DNA of 64,000 nt. Origin: Myxococcota bacterium. Lineage in GTDB: Bacteria > Myxococcota_A > UBA796 > UBA2385. A program made the position numbers and the translations under genes. Under the pieces are notes generated by a model. The model made no database searches. It saw only the letters and a list, made by a program, of their open reading frames with translations, and was not told the DNA's origin. Location: NCBI GenBank assembly GCA_942491145.1, contig CALOBC010000038.1, positions 34,130 to 98,129 on the forward strand, read 5' to 3'. Each line of letters starts with the position of its first letter. Within the stretch, counting starts at the first letter, position 1. Below are positions 19,395 to 29,309 of this stretch, one piece after another.

Positions 19395-20072
19395 TCAGTA
19401 CATGAAGAAGTCGGGATGGGTGAACAGCGCCACACACACGGTCTGCCACGCGAGATCGGTCGAGTCGGTGCGTCGGTAGACCGTGGCAAACAGGTCCGCG
19501 GCGTCATCAATCAAGGGGTCTGAAGTGGCACGAGAGCGTCCATGGATGCGCCATCGTAGACCCGTCACCCCCGTCCTCACGGCGTCGAGCTCTGTGGAGT
19601 CGGGATCATCGAGGGTGTCGAAGTCCCCCGATGTTGCGGCGCTCCAGCCTGCGCAGGTGTGCACCGCGGCGTCGTCGAGGAACTTCTGAAACAGCACCGA
19701 GGGCGTGCGGTCGGTGGTCGTGCGCGTCTGGAAGTCCGCCACCCCCAGCGTCGCGGCGTACCGGTCCCAGTCGGAGCGCTCGTCGTCCCCCCAGACCACA
19801 CCCCCCGCGATGACCTGCATCGAGTCGCGGACTTGTGGGACGGTCATCCGCTTGCGCTGTCGGCGGTGGCTGGGCGGGCTGGCGGGCGCGGGCACCGGGA
19901 CTCCGTCGCCCAGGCTGGCATCGGGAAGGCTCTCTTCATCAATGTTCTCGATGGGACTGTCATCCCCAGGCTCGGTCGCCTTGCCCCCGCTGGATCCGGT
20001 CCCGCAGCCCATGATCGCCGCGCTTGCGAGCAGGGTGAGCCGCAGTGCCCTTGTGTCGTTGGGCCCGCTCAC
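19395..20072 (-). CDS. Lipoprotein resembling the DUF1587 and DUF1592 parts of DUF1592-family proteins
   Basis: Lipobox IMGC; RKRMTVPQVRDSM; C-terminal VCVALFTHPDFFMY; GTGA coupling to the upstream gene. Confidence 0.55.
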   Translation of the reverse strand: MSGPNDTRALRLTLLASAAIMGCGTGSSGGKATEPGDDSPIENIDEESLPDASLGDGVPVPAPASPPSHRRQRKRMTVPQVRDSMQVIAGGVVWGDDERSDWDRYAATLGVADFQTRTTTDRTPSVLFQKFLDDAAVHTCAGWSAATSGDFDTLDDPDSTELDAVRTGVTGLRWRIHGRSRATSDPLIDDAADLFATVYRRTDSTDLAWQTVCVALFTHPDFFMY

Positions 20073-21583
20073 TCCGCACCGTCCCAGTAGGACGCGCTGC
20101 GCACGACCCTGCGTACCAGCGCCCGGTAGTCCTCATCGGCATCAAAGGCCGCCGCCCAGTCCTCGATGTCTTCGTCCCGGGGCTCGGCGTCCAGCAACCA
20201 GTCGGTGGTCTTCGTGACCGCACACGTCGCGAGGGTGCCGTCCGCCCGCATCCGGTCGGTCCACCCCTGGGGCCCCTCGTCGGGATGCAACCCCTTGTCG
20301 CCCACCAAGAAGGCGTAGGGCCTCAGCACGCCCACGTAGGGGTCTTCGTCGGGATGGCTGGACTCGACGATGTAGTGGTCTTCGCACACGTCCGGGCAGC
20401 CCTCGGCGCTGTCGGCGCAGGTGGCACACACCGCGCTGAGCTCGGGAAATTCGTCGGGGGCCAGGTGGCGAGAGCCCGCTTGGGCCCACCGTCCCCAGTA
20501 CGCCGCCCAAGGCTCCAGTCGGGCGTGGCAGTCCCGGCACCCGCTGCGCACTTGCAGGTTCGGGGTCGGCAGCGTCCCCTCGGTCACCGGGTCCACGGGG
20601 CCCTCGGTGGGCAAGAATTCGGCGCACAAGAAGCCACCATAGAAGCGGTTGGCCCGACCCCGGTTGGTCTGGTGGCGCAGCAGCCATCCCGGCGCGGTGA
20701 GCACCCCCCGGCGGTGCTCGGGCAGGGTCACGGCGACGAAATTCGGGTCGCCATAGTCCAGCAGGGGAATGTCGGAGACATCGACTGGCACGTCATAGTC
20801 ATCGGTTCGGAACGCAGCCAGGTGGCGGAAGAAGTGGGCCGATGCGCCGTTGAGGTAGAGGGCATCGCCCGAGAACAGTGTGGTGTAGGGCGCCCCAGAG
20901 TCGAGCAGGGCCCGCACCCGGTGGTCGATGTCGGCCGCGAGCGCCGCTTCGATGGCGTCTTCCACGTCATTGCTGGCGCACCACTGCAGCGCCGGGCCAC
21001 ACCCGCAGCTCGCGTCGGTCTGGCCGGCTTCGGTGGCACAGTCGACGCCGGTGGTGGACACCGCGCTGAGCTGGGCGTCCAGCGCGCACACTTGGATGGG
21101 GGTCTCGGGGTCCCAGTAGGGCGCGACCCAGACCCAGCCCTCGGACCGGGTGCCGTCGGGGTTGGTCCGCCACGACAGCGGCCGGTTGTCCTCGTCCACC
21201 ACCGCTTCAGCCTCACCACAGTGCGCTTGGTTGGCCCCCCGCAGCGTCCGGGCCCGGGCGGAGGTGTAGTAGATGCCGCTGCGCCGGCTCAGGCGGCGGG
21301 CGTTGAGCAGCGTCAGCGACAGCGTGTTCCAGAACCGCTCTTGGTGCTCACCGACCACAATCTCGGTGAAGGCGGGCGCGGCCAGCCACGCGTCGAGGGT
21401 TGTGTCGTCCAGCTCGCCGGCGGCTTCGATGACCTCGAGCTCAGCGGCCGACGGCACCACACCCCGCACGTCCAGGGACACCGCACGCACGTAGCCGTGG
21501 AGGTCCTGGCCCGCGGCATCGGACCAGGGGTCGTCGGCGCCGGCCAGCACCATGACCAGGGGCATCAGAGCAACGCGTCTCAC
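20069..21583 (-). CDS. Cys-rich DUF1549/DUF1588/DUF1585-like protein with one CxxCH
   Basis: YVRAVSLDVRGVVPS, RRGVLTAPGWL..TNRGRANRFYGGFLC, CRDCHARLEP, YRALVRRVVRSASY; GTG start at 21583 overlaps the upstream TGA. Confidence 0.65.
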   Translation of the reverse strand: MRRVALMPLVMVLAGADDPWSDAAGQDLHGYVRAVSLDVRGVVPSAAELEVIEAAGELDDTTLDAWLAAPAFTEIVVGEHQERFWNTLSLTLLNARRLSRRSGIYYTSARARTLRGANQAHCGEAEAVVDEDNRPLSWRTNPDGTRSEGWVWVAPYWDPETPIQVCALDAQLSAVSTTGVDCATEAGQTDASCGCGPALQWCASNDVEDAIEAALAADIDHRVRALLDSGAPYTTLFSGDALYLNGASAHFFRHLAAFRTDDYDVPVDVSDIPLLDYGDPNFVAVTLPEHRRGVLTAPGWLLRHQTNRGRANRFYGGFLCAEFLPTEGPVDPVTEGTLPTPNLQVRSGCRDCHARLEPWAAYWGRWAQAGSRHLAPDEFPELSAVCATCADSAEGCPDVCEDHYIVESSHPDEDPYVGVLRPYAFLVGDKGLHPDEGPQGWTDRMRADGTLATCAVTKTTDWLLDAEPRDEDIEDWAAAFDADEDYRALVRRVVRSASYWDGAE

Positions 21584-22983
21584 AGGAAGCCCCCATGCTT
21601 CCAGGCCCGAATGGCCACGATGTTGTCCTCGGACAGCGACGGTCCGCCGAGGGGCATCTCGCCCGTGCTGACCAGCGCGATGATGGGGTCGATGTGGGCC
21701 CGCCAGGCGTCGGCCGAGTCGAGCCGTGTGGCCGTGTCGCCGCCGTGGCAAGCCGCGCAGTGGGCCGTGTGGATGGTGGCCACGTCGTCCCAGGTCACGT
21801 CCGGCAGGTCACCCACCCAGAGGGCTTGGGTGGAGATGTGGTCGCCCAGCGGAGACGTGGTCACAAAGCGCAGGGTGTGGTCCGGGCCCATGAGCCCCTC
21901 GGGATCGAGGGTGACCCGGTGGGGATCGGTCTTCAGCACCAGGCGCTGGTCGTCCACCCACACGGTCATGGTGGTGAGGGAGGCGGGGTCTGTGGGCAGC
22001 AGCTGCACGTCGGCCCGGGTCTGCAGCGAGGGGGGCAGGCCGACCACCGCGACCGGGCGGCCGAGGGCGTGGCGGACAAGGGCACCGTCGTGGAGCTGAA
22101 GCAAGCGACCGAGGGCATCCACGCCGATCACGGGGCCATCGGGCAGCGGCGTGGACACGAAGCTGTGGCCGTCGAGGTGGAACGCCGTGGTGGGACCGAT
22201 GGCCCACAGCGCGGGGCCCACAAGCTGGGTCACGGGCGCGGGAAGGACCACAGGCACGGCCAGACCTTCCCCGTCCACCCGATGAAGAGTGTCGTCGACA
22301 ATGGTCCACAGCACGCCATCTTCGTCGGTGGCGAGGGCTTGGAGTGGGGCGTCTCCTGCCCACAGTGTCTGAAGCTCGGGCCCCCGGCGGATGGCGACCA
22401 GCTGGGGCACCGACAGGTAGAGCATGTCGGCGGTGGCCGCGAGCGCATAGATGGTGGGATGGCCGTCGAGCAGCACCTCTTGGATGGTGTCCCCCGCCAC
22501 TTGGAACAGCCGCCCGGCGCCGGCCAGCCAGGGGGTGCCCCCGTGCTGAGCGAGGGCCTCGACCGGCACCGGAAGGCCCAGGTTGAGTGCGCTGACAACA
22601 CCGTCCTGAAGGGCATAGACGGCCCCATCGAGCGCGACCCAGGTCTCGCCCTCCACCACCATGGCCGCCAGAGACTGGGCATCGCTCAGGGCGGTGTGCA
22701 GCCCGGTGCTCTCGTCGACCAGCACGACGGTGTCGCCCTGTTGGCACAGCATCTGGTGGGCCACGATGGACGCGGCCCCGTCGCAGGCGGCGATGGTCTC
22801 GGTGAGGGCTGTCGTAGGGGAGATGGGCGGGCTGAAGACGACGGCGTCATGGGCGGTGTCGGTGGGCGAGACCCCCGAGTCTGAGCCCGTGGTCTTGGGG
22901 CCCGGGGACGCGCAGCCACAGAGCACGGCCAGGCAGATGGGGATGGGCAAGCGCGACACGGGGCCTCCCCTCCGGGCGGACAT
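21580..22983 (-). CDS. Lipoprotein with propeller-like repeats and a C-terminal class I cytochrome c domain
   Basis: Lipobox VLCGC; HCAACH heme motif with distal Met in GEMPLG and terminal IRAW. Confidence 0.75.
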   Translation of the reverse strand: MSARRGGPVSRLPIPICLAVLCGCASPGPKTTGSDSGVSPTDTAHDAVVFSPPISPTTALTETIAACDGAASIVAHQMLCQQGDTVVLVDESTGLHTALSDAQSLAAMVVEGETWVALDGAVYALQDGVVSALNLGLPVPVEALAQHGGTPWLAGAGRLFQVAGDTIQEVLLDGHPTIYALAATADMLYLSVPQLVAIRRGPELQTLWAGDAPLQALATDEDGVLWTIVDDTLHRVDGEGLAVPVVLPAPVTQLVGPALWAIGPTTAFHLDGHSFVSTPLPDGPVIGVDALGRLLQLHDGALVRHALGRPVAVVGLPPSLQTRADVQLLPTDPASLTTMTVWVDDQRLVLKTDPHRVTLDPEGLMGPDHTLRFVTTSPLGDHISTQALWVGDLPDVTWDDVATIHTAHCAACHGGDTATRLDSADAWRAHIDPIIALVSTGEMPLGGPSLSEDNIVAIRAWKHGGFL

Positions 22984-23185
22984 GGATCAGGGCCCCAGCG
23001 GCCCAGCGAGCGAGGACCCTACCGCACTGGGCCCCGCCGACGGTGTCCCGTTCCGTCGCACCTGCGCGGCCAACGACGGCGCGCCACACGGCCCCAGGTC
23101 AGGGCGGTGTGGCGCAGGTTGGGGTTCGGGAGGGGCCCCAACATCAGGCTTGAGCGGCGGTGCACAGGTCCGGCACCGCGCTGGC

Positions 23186-25933
23186 TCAGTTGGCGATCGA
23201 CTCGGGGGCAGTGACGCTCAAGCCGACCGTGGCGGCCGGGCCGACCACACCGGCGCCGACGAGGGCCGTGGCTCCACCGACGAGGGAGCCGCCGATGAAG
23301 GTGCCGTTGGCGAGGGCGGCCTCGAGGGTGTCGTCGACCGCCGCGCCGAGGACCACGCCTTCGGCAGGGAAGATGGGCTCACCGAGGTATCCGAGGGGGC
23401 TGCTGGCGAGCCCGGCCCCGCCGGTGACGGCCGGGGGAATGGTGATGTCGGTGCCGGAGAAGCCGAGGGGGCTGCTGGCAAGCCCGGAGCCGCTGACCAT
23501 GACCACGGACAGGTCGCCGAGGCCGAGCAAGCCGAGGGGGCTGCTGGCGAGTCCGCCGCCGCTGAAGGTCGCCTCATCGAAGTCGAGGTCGAGGACCGGC
23601 ACCACACCGAGGGGGCTGCTGGCGAGTCCGCCGCCGTCGAGGTCGAGGCTGACGGTGTTGGCCGTGGTGCCCGGAGGCAGGGCATCGATGCCGAGCACGA
23701 CACCCAGCGGGCTGCTCGCGAGACCGGCGCCCCAGTCGACGAAGGCGTAGGACGCAGCCATGTCGCCGAGGACGGGGTCGGTGCCGGCGTCCCATGCGAT
23801 GCCCAGCAAGGAGTCGGCGAGGTCGGTGTCCGCGGCGATGGCGGCCTGGAGGTAGGCGAGACCGTCGGTGGCGAACATGAGGGAGGTGGGGTGGTGGCCG
23901 ACATCATCGACGACGGCGGTGGTGACCTGGACGGCGAAGGCGCCGTTGTTGCCGGTGGATGAGGAGACTCGACCCCAAGGCGTCATCGTGCAGGTGCCGT
24001 TGGTGTCGGTGGTGCAGGTCTCCGCCGATGGGGACTCTCCGTGTTTCCATGCTTGGGCGTAGACCCGGGCGCTGGACACGGGGTTGCCATCGCTGTCCAC
24101 CACGGCGATCTCGAAGGATGGCGCGAGGCGGCTGCCCCGGGAGTCCATCCATGGCAGCACGCTGGTGTACAGCGGGCCCACCGCGGTGGGGAGGTCGTTG
24201 TCTTCGACGGCCTCCAGGCTCTCTTCGATGTCGAGCTCGCCGCTGCCGCAGCCGTTGCTCCAGCAGTTCTTGTCGACCCGCTGGGCCCCGACTTGAAGGG
24301 CCGCCACCACATCAAAGGGGGAGGCGCCCGCCGCGAGCAGCTGTGCGGCGGTGCCGCTCACGAGTGCGGCGGCCTGGCTGGTGCCGGCGTAGCTCCAGAG
24401 GCCGAAGCTGGTGGGGGCGGTGGGCGAGTAGGTCTCGGCGACCACGCCGTCTCCGTGGCCGTTGCGGTCCTGGTCTTCGTCGTTGTCCCCGCCGGCTGCC
24501 ACGATGTCGATGGCGAGGCCCCGGTTGGAGTAGTCGGTGACGTCGCCGCGGTGGCTGATGTTGGAGTTGTGCAGCGTGGTGGCACCGACGGCCACGACGT
24601 AGGGGCTGGCGGCGGGCCACAGCACCGTGGTGCCGCTGTCATTGCCGGCGGCGGCCACCATGACGATGCCGGCGTCCCGGGCGGCCGCGAGGGCGGCGTT
24701 CAGCGCTTGGGAGGGCAGGTAGTCTGCGCCGAAGGTGAGGCTCAGGTTGATGATGCTGGCGCCGTTGTCGATGGCGTGCCACAGCCCCTCGATGAGGTCC
24801 AGCTCGGTGCCGGAGTTGTTGGCGTCGAGCACCCGCACGGGCATCACGCTCACCCCGGGTGCGATGCCGAAGGCGCTGTCTTCACCGGCGATGAGGCTGG
24901 TGATGTGAGTGCCGTGCTGGTGGTCATCTTGGGGGGTAGCATCCCCGTCGATGATGTCGGATGGCGACACGATGTTGAGGTTCGCCAAGCTGGGGGCGGC
25001 CGATGCGCCCGATGCGGTGAGGGCGAGGCCGCTGTCGAGCACGGCCACGATGATGGAGGCGTTCGAGATGGGATCGGGCCCGAGGCCCAAGTTGCTGGAC
25101 CGCTGGCTCCAGTGGGGGTGCTGGCTGTGCTCCAGGTGCCACTGGTAGCCGGCGGTGGTGGCGACAGTGCTCGCGGCGGCGGCGGCCTCGACGTCGAGTG
25201 CTGCCAAGTCTGCCTGAGCGACGGTGAGGGCGGACTGGGCGTCGGTCAGTGCTGCGTCCGTGGTGTCCACCCGCAGGGCGGCCTCGTCGAAGGCGTCGAC
25301 CCATGCCTGGAGCGCGGTCCCGGTGAGGCCGTCGTCCATGGCGTCTTCCAGGTCCTCATCGGCTTCGTCGAAGGTGTCCTGGGCGTCGTTGAGCGCGTCG
25401 GTGGCCGACTCGACGTCCAGCTCCGCTTGGCTGACCGCGTCCTCGGCGGCGCTCAGGCCGGCCTTGAGCACACTCAGATCGGTGGACGCACCCTGCACCC
25501 GTCCCTGGGTGGACAGGGCCACGACGTCTGGGTCGCTCTTGAGGGCCTGGCGAGACTGGGCGATGCGCTCGACGGGCAGCTTCAGTCCGGCGAGGCCCGA
25601 CCGGCCGATGGCGCGAGAGACGGAGGCCCCGTGGCGGGCGGCGAGTGCCTGAAGGTCTGTCCCCGGGGTCACCTTCACCATGACCTCGTCGAGGATCCAG
25701 CTGGTCTCGGCGCGGGAGGCGGGCGCCTGACCGATGGCGCTGTTGCCGCTGCGGGTGGCGAGGGTGTTGCTGCCATGGGTGCTGCCGCTGGACCCGTGGT
25801 TGAAGTGAACAGTGTCCACGGCACCGGGTGGTCCGCCGGATGGCGCTGGATCATCGACGAGCTGGGTGCCCCCCAGTGTGGCGAGGCCAACAAGGGCGAG
25901 GGCGGCGGCGGCGTTCCGGGTCGTGGGCTTCAT
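23186..25933 (-). CDS. S8 (subtilisin-like) serine peptidase with coiled-coil insert and C-terminal GLASSPLG repeats
   Basis: Triad VAVLDSG, HGTHI, GTSQAA; oxyanion AAAGND; I9-like prodomain (DEVMVKV); N-terminal signal or anchor. Confidence 0.9.
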   Translation of the reverse strand: MKPTTRNAAAALALVGLATLGGTQLVDDPAPSGGPPGAVDTVHFNHGSSGSTHGSNTLATRSGNSAIGQAPASRAETSWILDEVMVKVTPGTDLQALAARHGASVSRAIGRSGLAGLKLPVERIAQSRQALKSDPDVVALSTQGRVQGASTDLSVLKAGLSAAEDAVSQAELDVESATDALNDAQDTFDEADEDLEDAMDDGLTGTALQAWVDAFDEAALRVDTTDAALTDAQSALTVAQADLAALDVEAAAAASTVATTAGYQWHLEHSQHPHWSQRSSNLGLGPDPISNASIIVAVLDSGLALTASGASAAPSLANLNIVSPSDIIDGDATPQDDHQHGTHITSLIAGEDSAFGIAPGVSVMPVRVLDANNSGTELDLIEGLWHAIDNGASIINLSLTFGADYLPSQALNAALAAARDAGIVMVAAAGNDSGTTVLWPAASPYVVAVGATTLHNSNISHRGDVTDYSNRGLAIDIVAAGGDNDEDQDRNGHGDGVVAETYSPTAPTSFGLWSYAGTSQAAALVSGTAAQLLAAGASPFDVVAALQVGAQRVDKNCWSNGCGSGELDIEESLEAVEDNDLPTAVGPLYTSVLPWMDSRGSRLAPSFEIAVVDSDGNPVSSARVYAQAWKHGESPSAETCTTDTNGTCTMTPWGRVSSSTGNNGAFAVQVTTAVVDDVGHHPTSLMFATDGLAYLQAAIAADTDLADSLLGIAWDAGTDPVLGDMAASYAFVDWGAGLASSPLGVVLGIDALPPGTTANTVSLDLDGGGLASSPLGVVPVLDLDFDEATFSGGGLASSPLGLLGLGDLSVVMVSGSGLASSPLGFSGTDITIPPAVTGGAGLASSPLGYLGEPIFPAEGVVLGAAVDDTLEAALANGTFIGGSLVGGATALVGAGVVGPAATVGLSVTAPESIAN
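23390..23725 (-). repeat. Five in-frame copies of GLASSPLG separated by 24-, 17-, 15- and 16-aa spacers
   Basis: The copies differ only at synonymous positions, e.g. GGT CTC GCG AGC AGC CCG CTG GGT versus GGA CTC GCC AGC AGC CCC CTC GGC. Confidence 0.95.
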
Positions 25934-26064
25934 GGGTCTCTCCTGCTGTGTGTCTCAACGGAGACGGAACGAGCCGGGGCGGATCCAATGACCTGCATGG
26001 GTTGTTTGGTGCAGCGCAGTCTCGGGTGCCCGTGGCCACCCCACGACCGTGCTACGGTCGGCCC

Positions 26065-27249
26065 ATGGCATCATCCAGCGCATCTTCCGAAGGCGTCGCA
26101 GTTCGGCTGTTGACCGATCTTCTCGACCGAGCATGGCGCGCTCGTGCTTCCGACTGCCACGTGGAGTGCCACGCCAACCGGGTGCGCACCCGCGTGCGTG
26201 TGGATGGCGTGATGGTCGACGACAAGGCGTATCCAATGGATGTGGGCTTGCAGTTGATCAACCGGATCAAGGTGCTGGCACGGCTCGACATCTCCGAGCG
26301 GCGGGTGCCCCAGGACGGGATGTTCCAGGAGTCGATGGCGAAGGGGCCGCCGATCACGCTGCGGGTGAGCACCTTTCCGACGCTTCACGGCGAGAAGGTC
26401 GTGATGCGGATTCTGCGCTCGGGCAGCCTGCTGCGCACCGCCCAGCTGGGCATGAACGGGGTGCAAGTGGCGCTGTGTCGGCAATTGTCGACGGTGTCCA
26501 ATGGGTTGGTGGTGGTGACGGGGCCCACGGGCTCGGGAAAGACCTCAACATTGTACGCATTGCTGCACCAGATCGACACACGGCGACGCAACGTGGTGAC
26601 CCTCGAAGATCCCATCGAGATCGAGCTTCAGGGGGTGAGCCAGGGCCAGCTCAACCGCAAGGCGGGCATGGACTTTGCGAGCGGCCTGCGGGCGGTCCTG
26701 CGGCAGGATCCCGATGTCATCTTGGTGGGGGAGATGCGGGACAAAGAGACCGCCGCCATCGCCATTCAGGCCAGCTTGACGGGCCACTTGGTGTTGACCA
26801 CGCTGCACACCAACTCAGTGCCCGCGACCATCACGCGGCTGGTGGACATCGGGATGGAGTCGTACATCGTGGCGGGGGCCCTGGAGGGATTGATCGCCCA
26901 GCGGCTGGTCCGGGTGTTGTGTGAGGACTGCGCGTTGCCGAGCTCACCCGATGACATTGCCCGAGACGCCGCCGATCTCGGCTTTCGCTTGGAAGTGGGA
27001 CCCGACGATCACTTTCGGTCGGCGTCCGGCTGTGGGGCCTGCATGGGTACGGGCTATCGCGGTCGGATGGGCATCTTTGAGGTAGTGGCTGTGGACGATG
27101 AACTTCGGGCAATCATAAAGCAGGGTGTGGGGATCTCCTTTTTCAAACAGTTCTTTGCCGTGCGGGGTATTCCGAGTCTGCGGCGGGCGGGTGTCGTGTT
27201 GGCCCGCCAAGGCAAGACGACGCTCGAAGAGGTCGTCCGCATGACCTGA
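26065..27249 (+). CDS. GspE/PulE/PilB family secretion ATPase (short form, no MshEN domain)
   Basis: ASDCHVE, LDISERRVPQDG, Walker A GPTGSGKT, TLEDPIE, LRQDPDVILVGEMRD, LTGHLVLTTLH, CEDC...CGAC zinc motif. Confidence 0.93.
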   Translation: MASSSASSEGVAVRLLTDLLDRAWRARASDCHVECHANRVRTRVRVDGVMVDDKAYPMDVGLQLINRIKVLARLDISERRVPQDGMFQESMAKGPPITLRVSTFPTLHGEKVVMRILRSGSLLRTAQLGMNGVQVALCRQLSTVSNGLVVVTGPTGSGKTSTLYALLHQIDTRRRNVVTLEDPIEIELQGVSQGQLNRKAGMDFASGLRAVLRQDPDVILVGEMRDKETAAIAIQASLTGHLVLTTLHTNSVPATITRLVDIGMESYIVAGALEGLIAQRLVRVLCEDCALPSSPDDIARDAADLGFRLEVGPDDHFRSASGCGACMGTGYRGRMGIFEVVAVDDELRAIIKQGVGISFFKQFFAVRGIPSLRRAGVVLARQGKTTLEEVVRMT

Positions 27250-27254
27250 TTGGG

Positions 27255-28859
27255 TCATAGCTGGGCCACCCGCCAAGCGGTCCACTCCCGGCCTTTGTGG
27301 GCCGGCTCGCCGAGCAACGTGCGCACCCGGTTCGCCAGTCGGGTTTCCTGTGCAGCACGCTGTCGTCCGCTGTACAGCACCACCCACCCGAAGCCCCTTT
27401 CCTGCAGGCTGGACACCGCCACGGCCATGCGCTGGCCCTCGCTCGTGGACCCGCCATCCCTCCCCCCCGTCCAGGTCAGGAAGGGATCAACCGCCGGCGG
27501 GGTGTCGCCCTCCATGTAGACTTGCAGGGAGTGGTGTCGGATCGGCCGGCCATGGGTCATCTGGGCGAGCTGGTTGTCGATTGTGCGGCCGCCCCGCGAC
27601 GCCGATGGGAGATCGTAGACGGCGCCGGGGTGGGGGTCTTGGGCCAAGCGCTCGATGCCGGCCAGCGTGGGCAGTGTGTACTGAGCGCGGGGCAACAAGC
27701 CACGGACCTCGTTGAGTGTGCCGAGCAACAACACAGCGGTGACGATGGCGCCCATCACGGTCTTTCGGCGATTGGCTGCACCCACGAGGAGTGCGCTGGC
27801 GCCAGCCGCGAGCACACTCCAGGGCACCAACAGACGGATGGGGGTCTGGTAGCGACCCAGGCCGGGGATGTGGTGAAACCAGGTGAACGGTGCCCAGGCC
27901 ACAGGCTGGCCTTGGGGCGGGGACGACAGGTGGGGCTCGGGGCCCAGCGACAGCAGCGCGGTCAGCACCAAGACGACGGATAGAAGGGTCTTCAGGCGTC
28001 GGTCGAGGGACCTGGCTGTCCACGGCATCGCAAGCAGGGTGAGCGTGGGCAGGACCGCGGGCAGGGCACCACCCCAGCCCTGGGGACCGAGCAGCACGAG
28101 GGAGTTTTGGGCGGTGCGCAGGGCCCACTCATCGGCGAAGCGACCTTGGGGGGCGTCGGCGCTGCGCAGGACGAAGGGGATGACCATCGGCAGCGCCAGG
28201 ACCACCGCACCCAGGCCGCCGAGGGCGATGCGACGACGGGCGGGGGCATCGGGGGCGGCGAGGAGGAGGACGGCACCGAAGAGGGCGACGAACAGCCCAT
28301 ACTCCCACGCAACGGCGAGGCTGAGCGCACCAAAGAGGGACAGGGCGACCGGGCCCCAGCGGCTGGCTTGGCGCAGTGCGATGAGGCCCGTGCCGAGAAA
28401 TAGTGCCAGCACGCCAATGCCGACTTGTTCGGCACGACCGGTGTAGAGGTGGTGCAGGGTGGCGGGGTCGAGCTGGAGCACCAAGCCGCCGACCACTGCG
28501 ACCCCCGGGCCAGTGCCGAGCCCCCGGGCGAGCACCCAGCCCCCCGCGCCCGCCATCAGCAAGTACAGCGCCATCGTGGCGTTCCAGGCCCCCACGACGC
28601 CCAGTGCGGGCACCAGCGCGCCGCCGATGGCGATGTCGGCCCACCCACCGAGAATGGGCAACAGGTCCACGCCATCGGGCCAAGCGAGCAGCTGAGTGCG
28701 GGTGAGGGACTCCTGGTCGGCGTGCCAGATGGTCCACAGGTGGCCCAGCAGGTCAGGGGACTCTCGGCCCAGCGCGGTCCGGCGGCCACCCTGCACGAAG
28801 GCCACCACGGGCAGGATGCCGAGCAGCAAGGGCAGGAGGCGGCGCAGGCGGGCAGGCAT
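27255..28859 (-). CDS. Polytopic membrane protein, GT-C/YfhO-like glycosyltransferase candidate
   Basis: Many TM helices; N-terminal loop [10 protein letters not shown]; periplasmic C-terminal domain [16 protein letters not shown]. Confidence 0.5.
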   Translation of the reverse strand: MPARLRRLLPLLLGILPVVAFVQGGRRTALGRESPDLLGHLWTIWHADQESLTRTQLLAWPDGVDLLPILGGWADIAIGGALVPALGVVGAWNATMALYLLMAGAGGWVLARGLGTGPGVAVVGGLVLQLDPATLHHLYTGRAEQVGIGVLALFLGTGLIALRQASRWGPVALSLFGALSLAVAWEYGLFVALFGAVLLLAAPDAPARRRIALGGLGAVVLALPMVIPFVLRSADAPQGRFADEWALRTAQNSLVLLGPQGWGGALPAVLPTLTLLAMPWTARSLDRRLKTLLSVVLVLTALLSLGPEPHLSSPPQGQPVAWAPFTWFHHIPGLGRYQTPIRLLVPWSVLAAGASALLVGAANRRKTVMGAIVTAVLLLGTLNEVRGLLPRAQYTLPTLAGIERLAQDPHPGAVYDLPSASRGGRTIDNQLAQMTHGRPIRHHSLQVYMEGDTPPAVDPFLTWTGGRDGGSTSEGQRMAVAVSSLQERGFGWVVLYSGRQRAAQETRLANRVRTLLGEPAHKGREWTAWRVAQL

Positions 28860-28954
28860 CGACGGGCTCGGCGGGAGGGACTCGCGGGGGGATCGCTGGC
28901 GCGCTATCAGCCGTGCGAGGGGGCAGGCGCACAGCTTGCCCATTGGAGTCGCCA

Positions 28955-29296
28955 GTGCCCTACGTCGTCGCCGATCCCTGCGTGAAGTGCAAGTACACCG
29001 ACTGTGTCACGGTCTGCCCGGTGGACTGCTTCCACGAAGGCGAGAACATGCTGGTCATCGACCCGGATGAGTGCATCGACTGTGGCGCTTGTGTGCCCGA
29101 GTGCCCCGCAGAAGCCATCTTCCTGGATGAGGACCTGCCCGGCAAGTGGCATGGCTACATCAAGATCAACGCGGACCTCGCTTCGAAGTGGCCCGTGCTC
29201 ACCGAGCAGCGTGAGCCGATGGCCGGCGCCGATGCCGAGAAGACCCGCGAGAACAAGGTCGGCGAGATCAGCCACCAGCCGGGCGCTGGGGACTGA
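28955..29296 (+). CDS. fdxA: 7Fe-type ferredoxin (FdxA family)
   Basis: [50 protein letters not shown]; GTG start with GGAG upstream. Confidence 0.93.
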   Translation: MPYVVADPCVKCKYTDCVTVCPVDCFHEGENMLVIDPDECIDCGACVPECPAEAIFLDEDLPGKWHGYIKINADLASKWPVLTEQREPMAGADAEKTRENKVGEISHQPGAGD

Positions 29297-29309
29297 GCGA
29301 TCTGGGCAG

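Noticed and set aside
23390-23725. 24-bp repeats with variable spacers resembling a mini CRISPR array
   Set aside because: In frame within the S8 gene, only synonymous variation, irregular spacing, no cas genes
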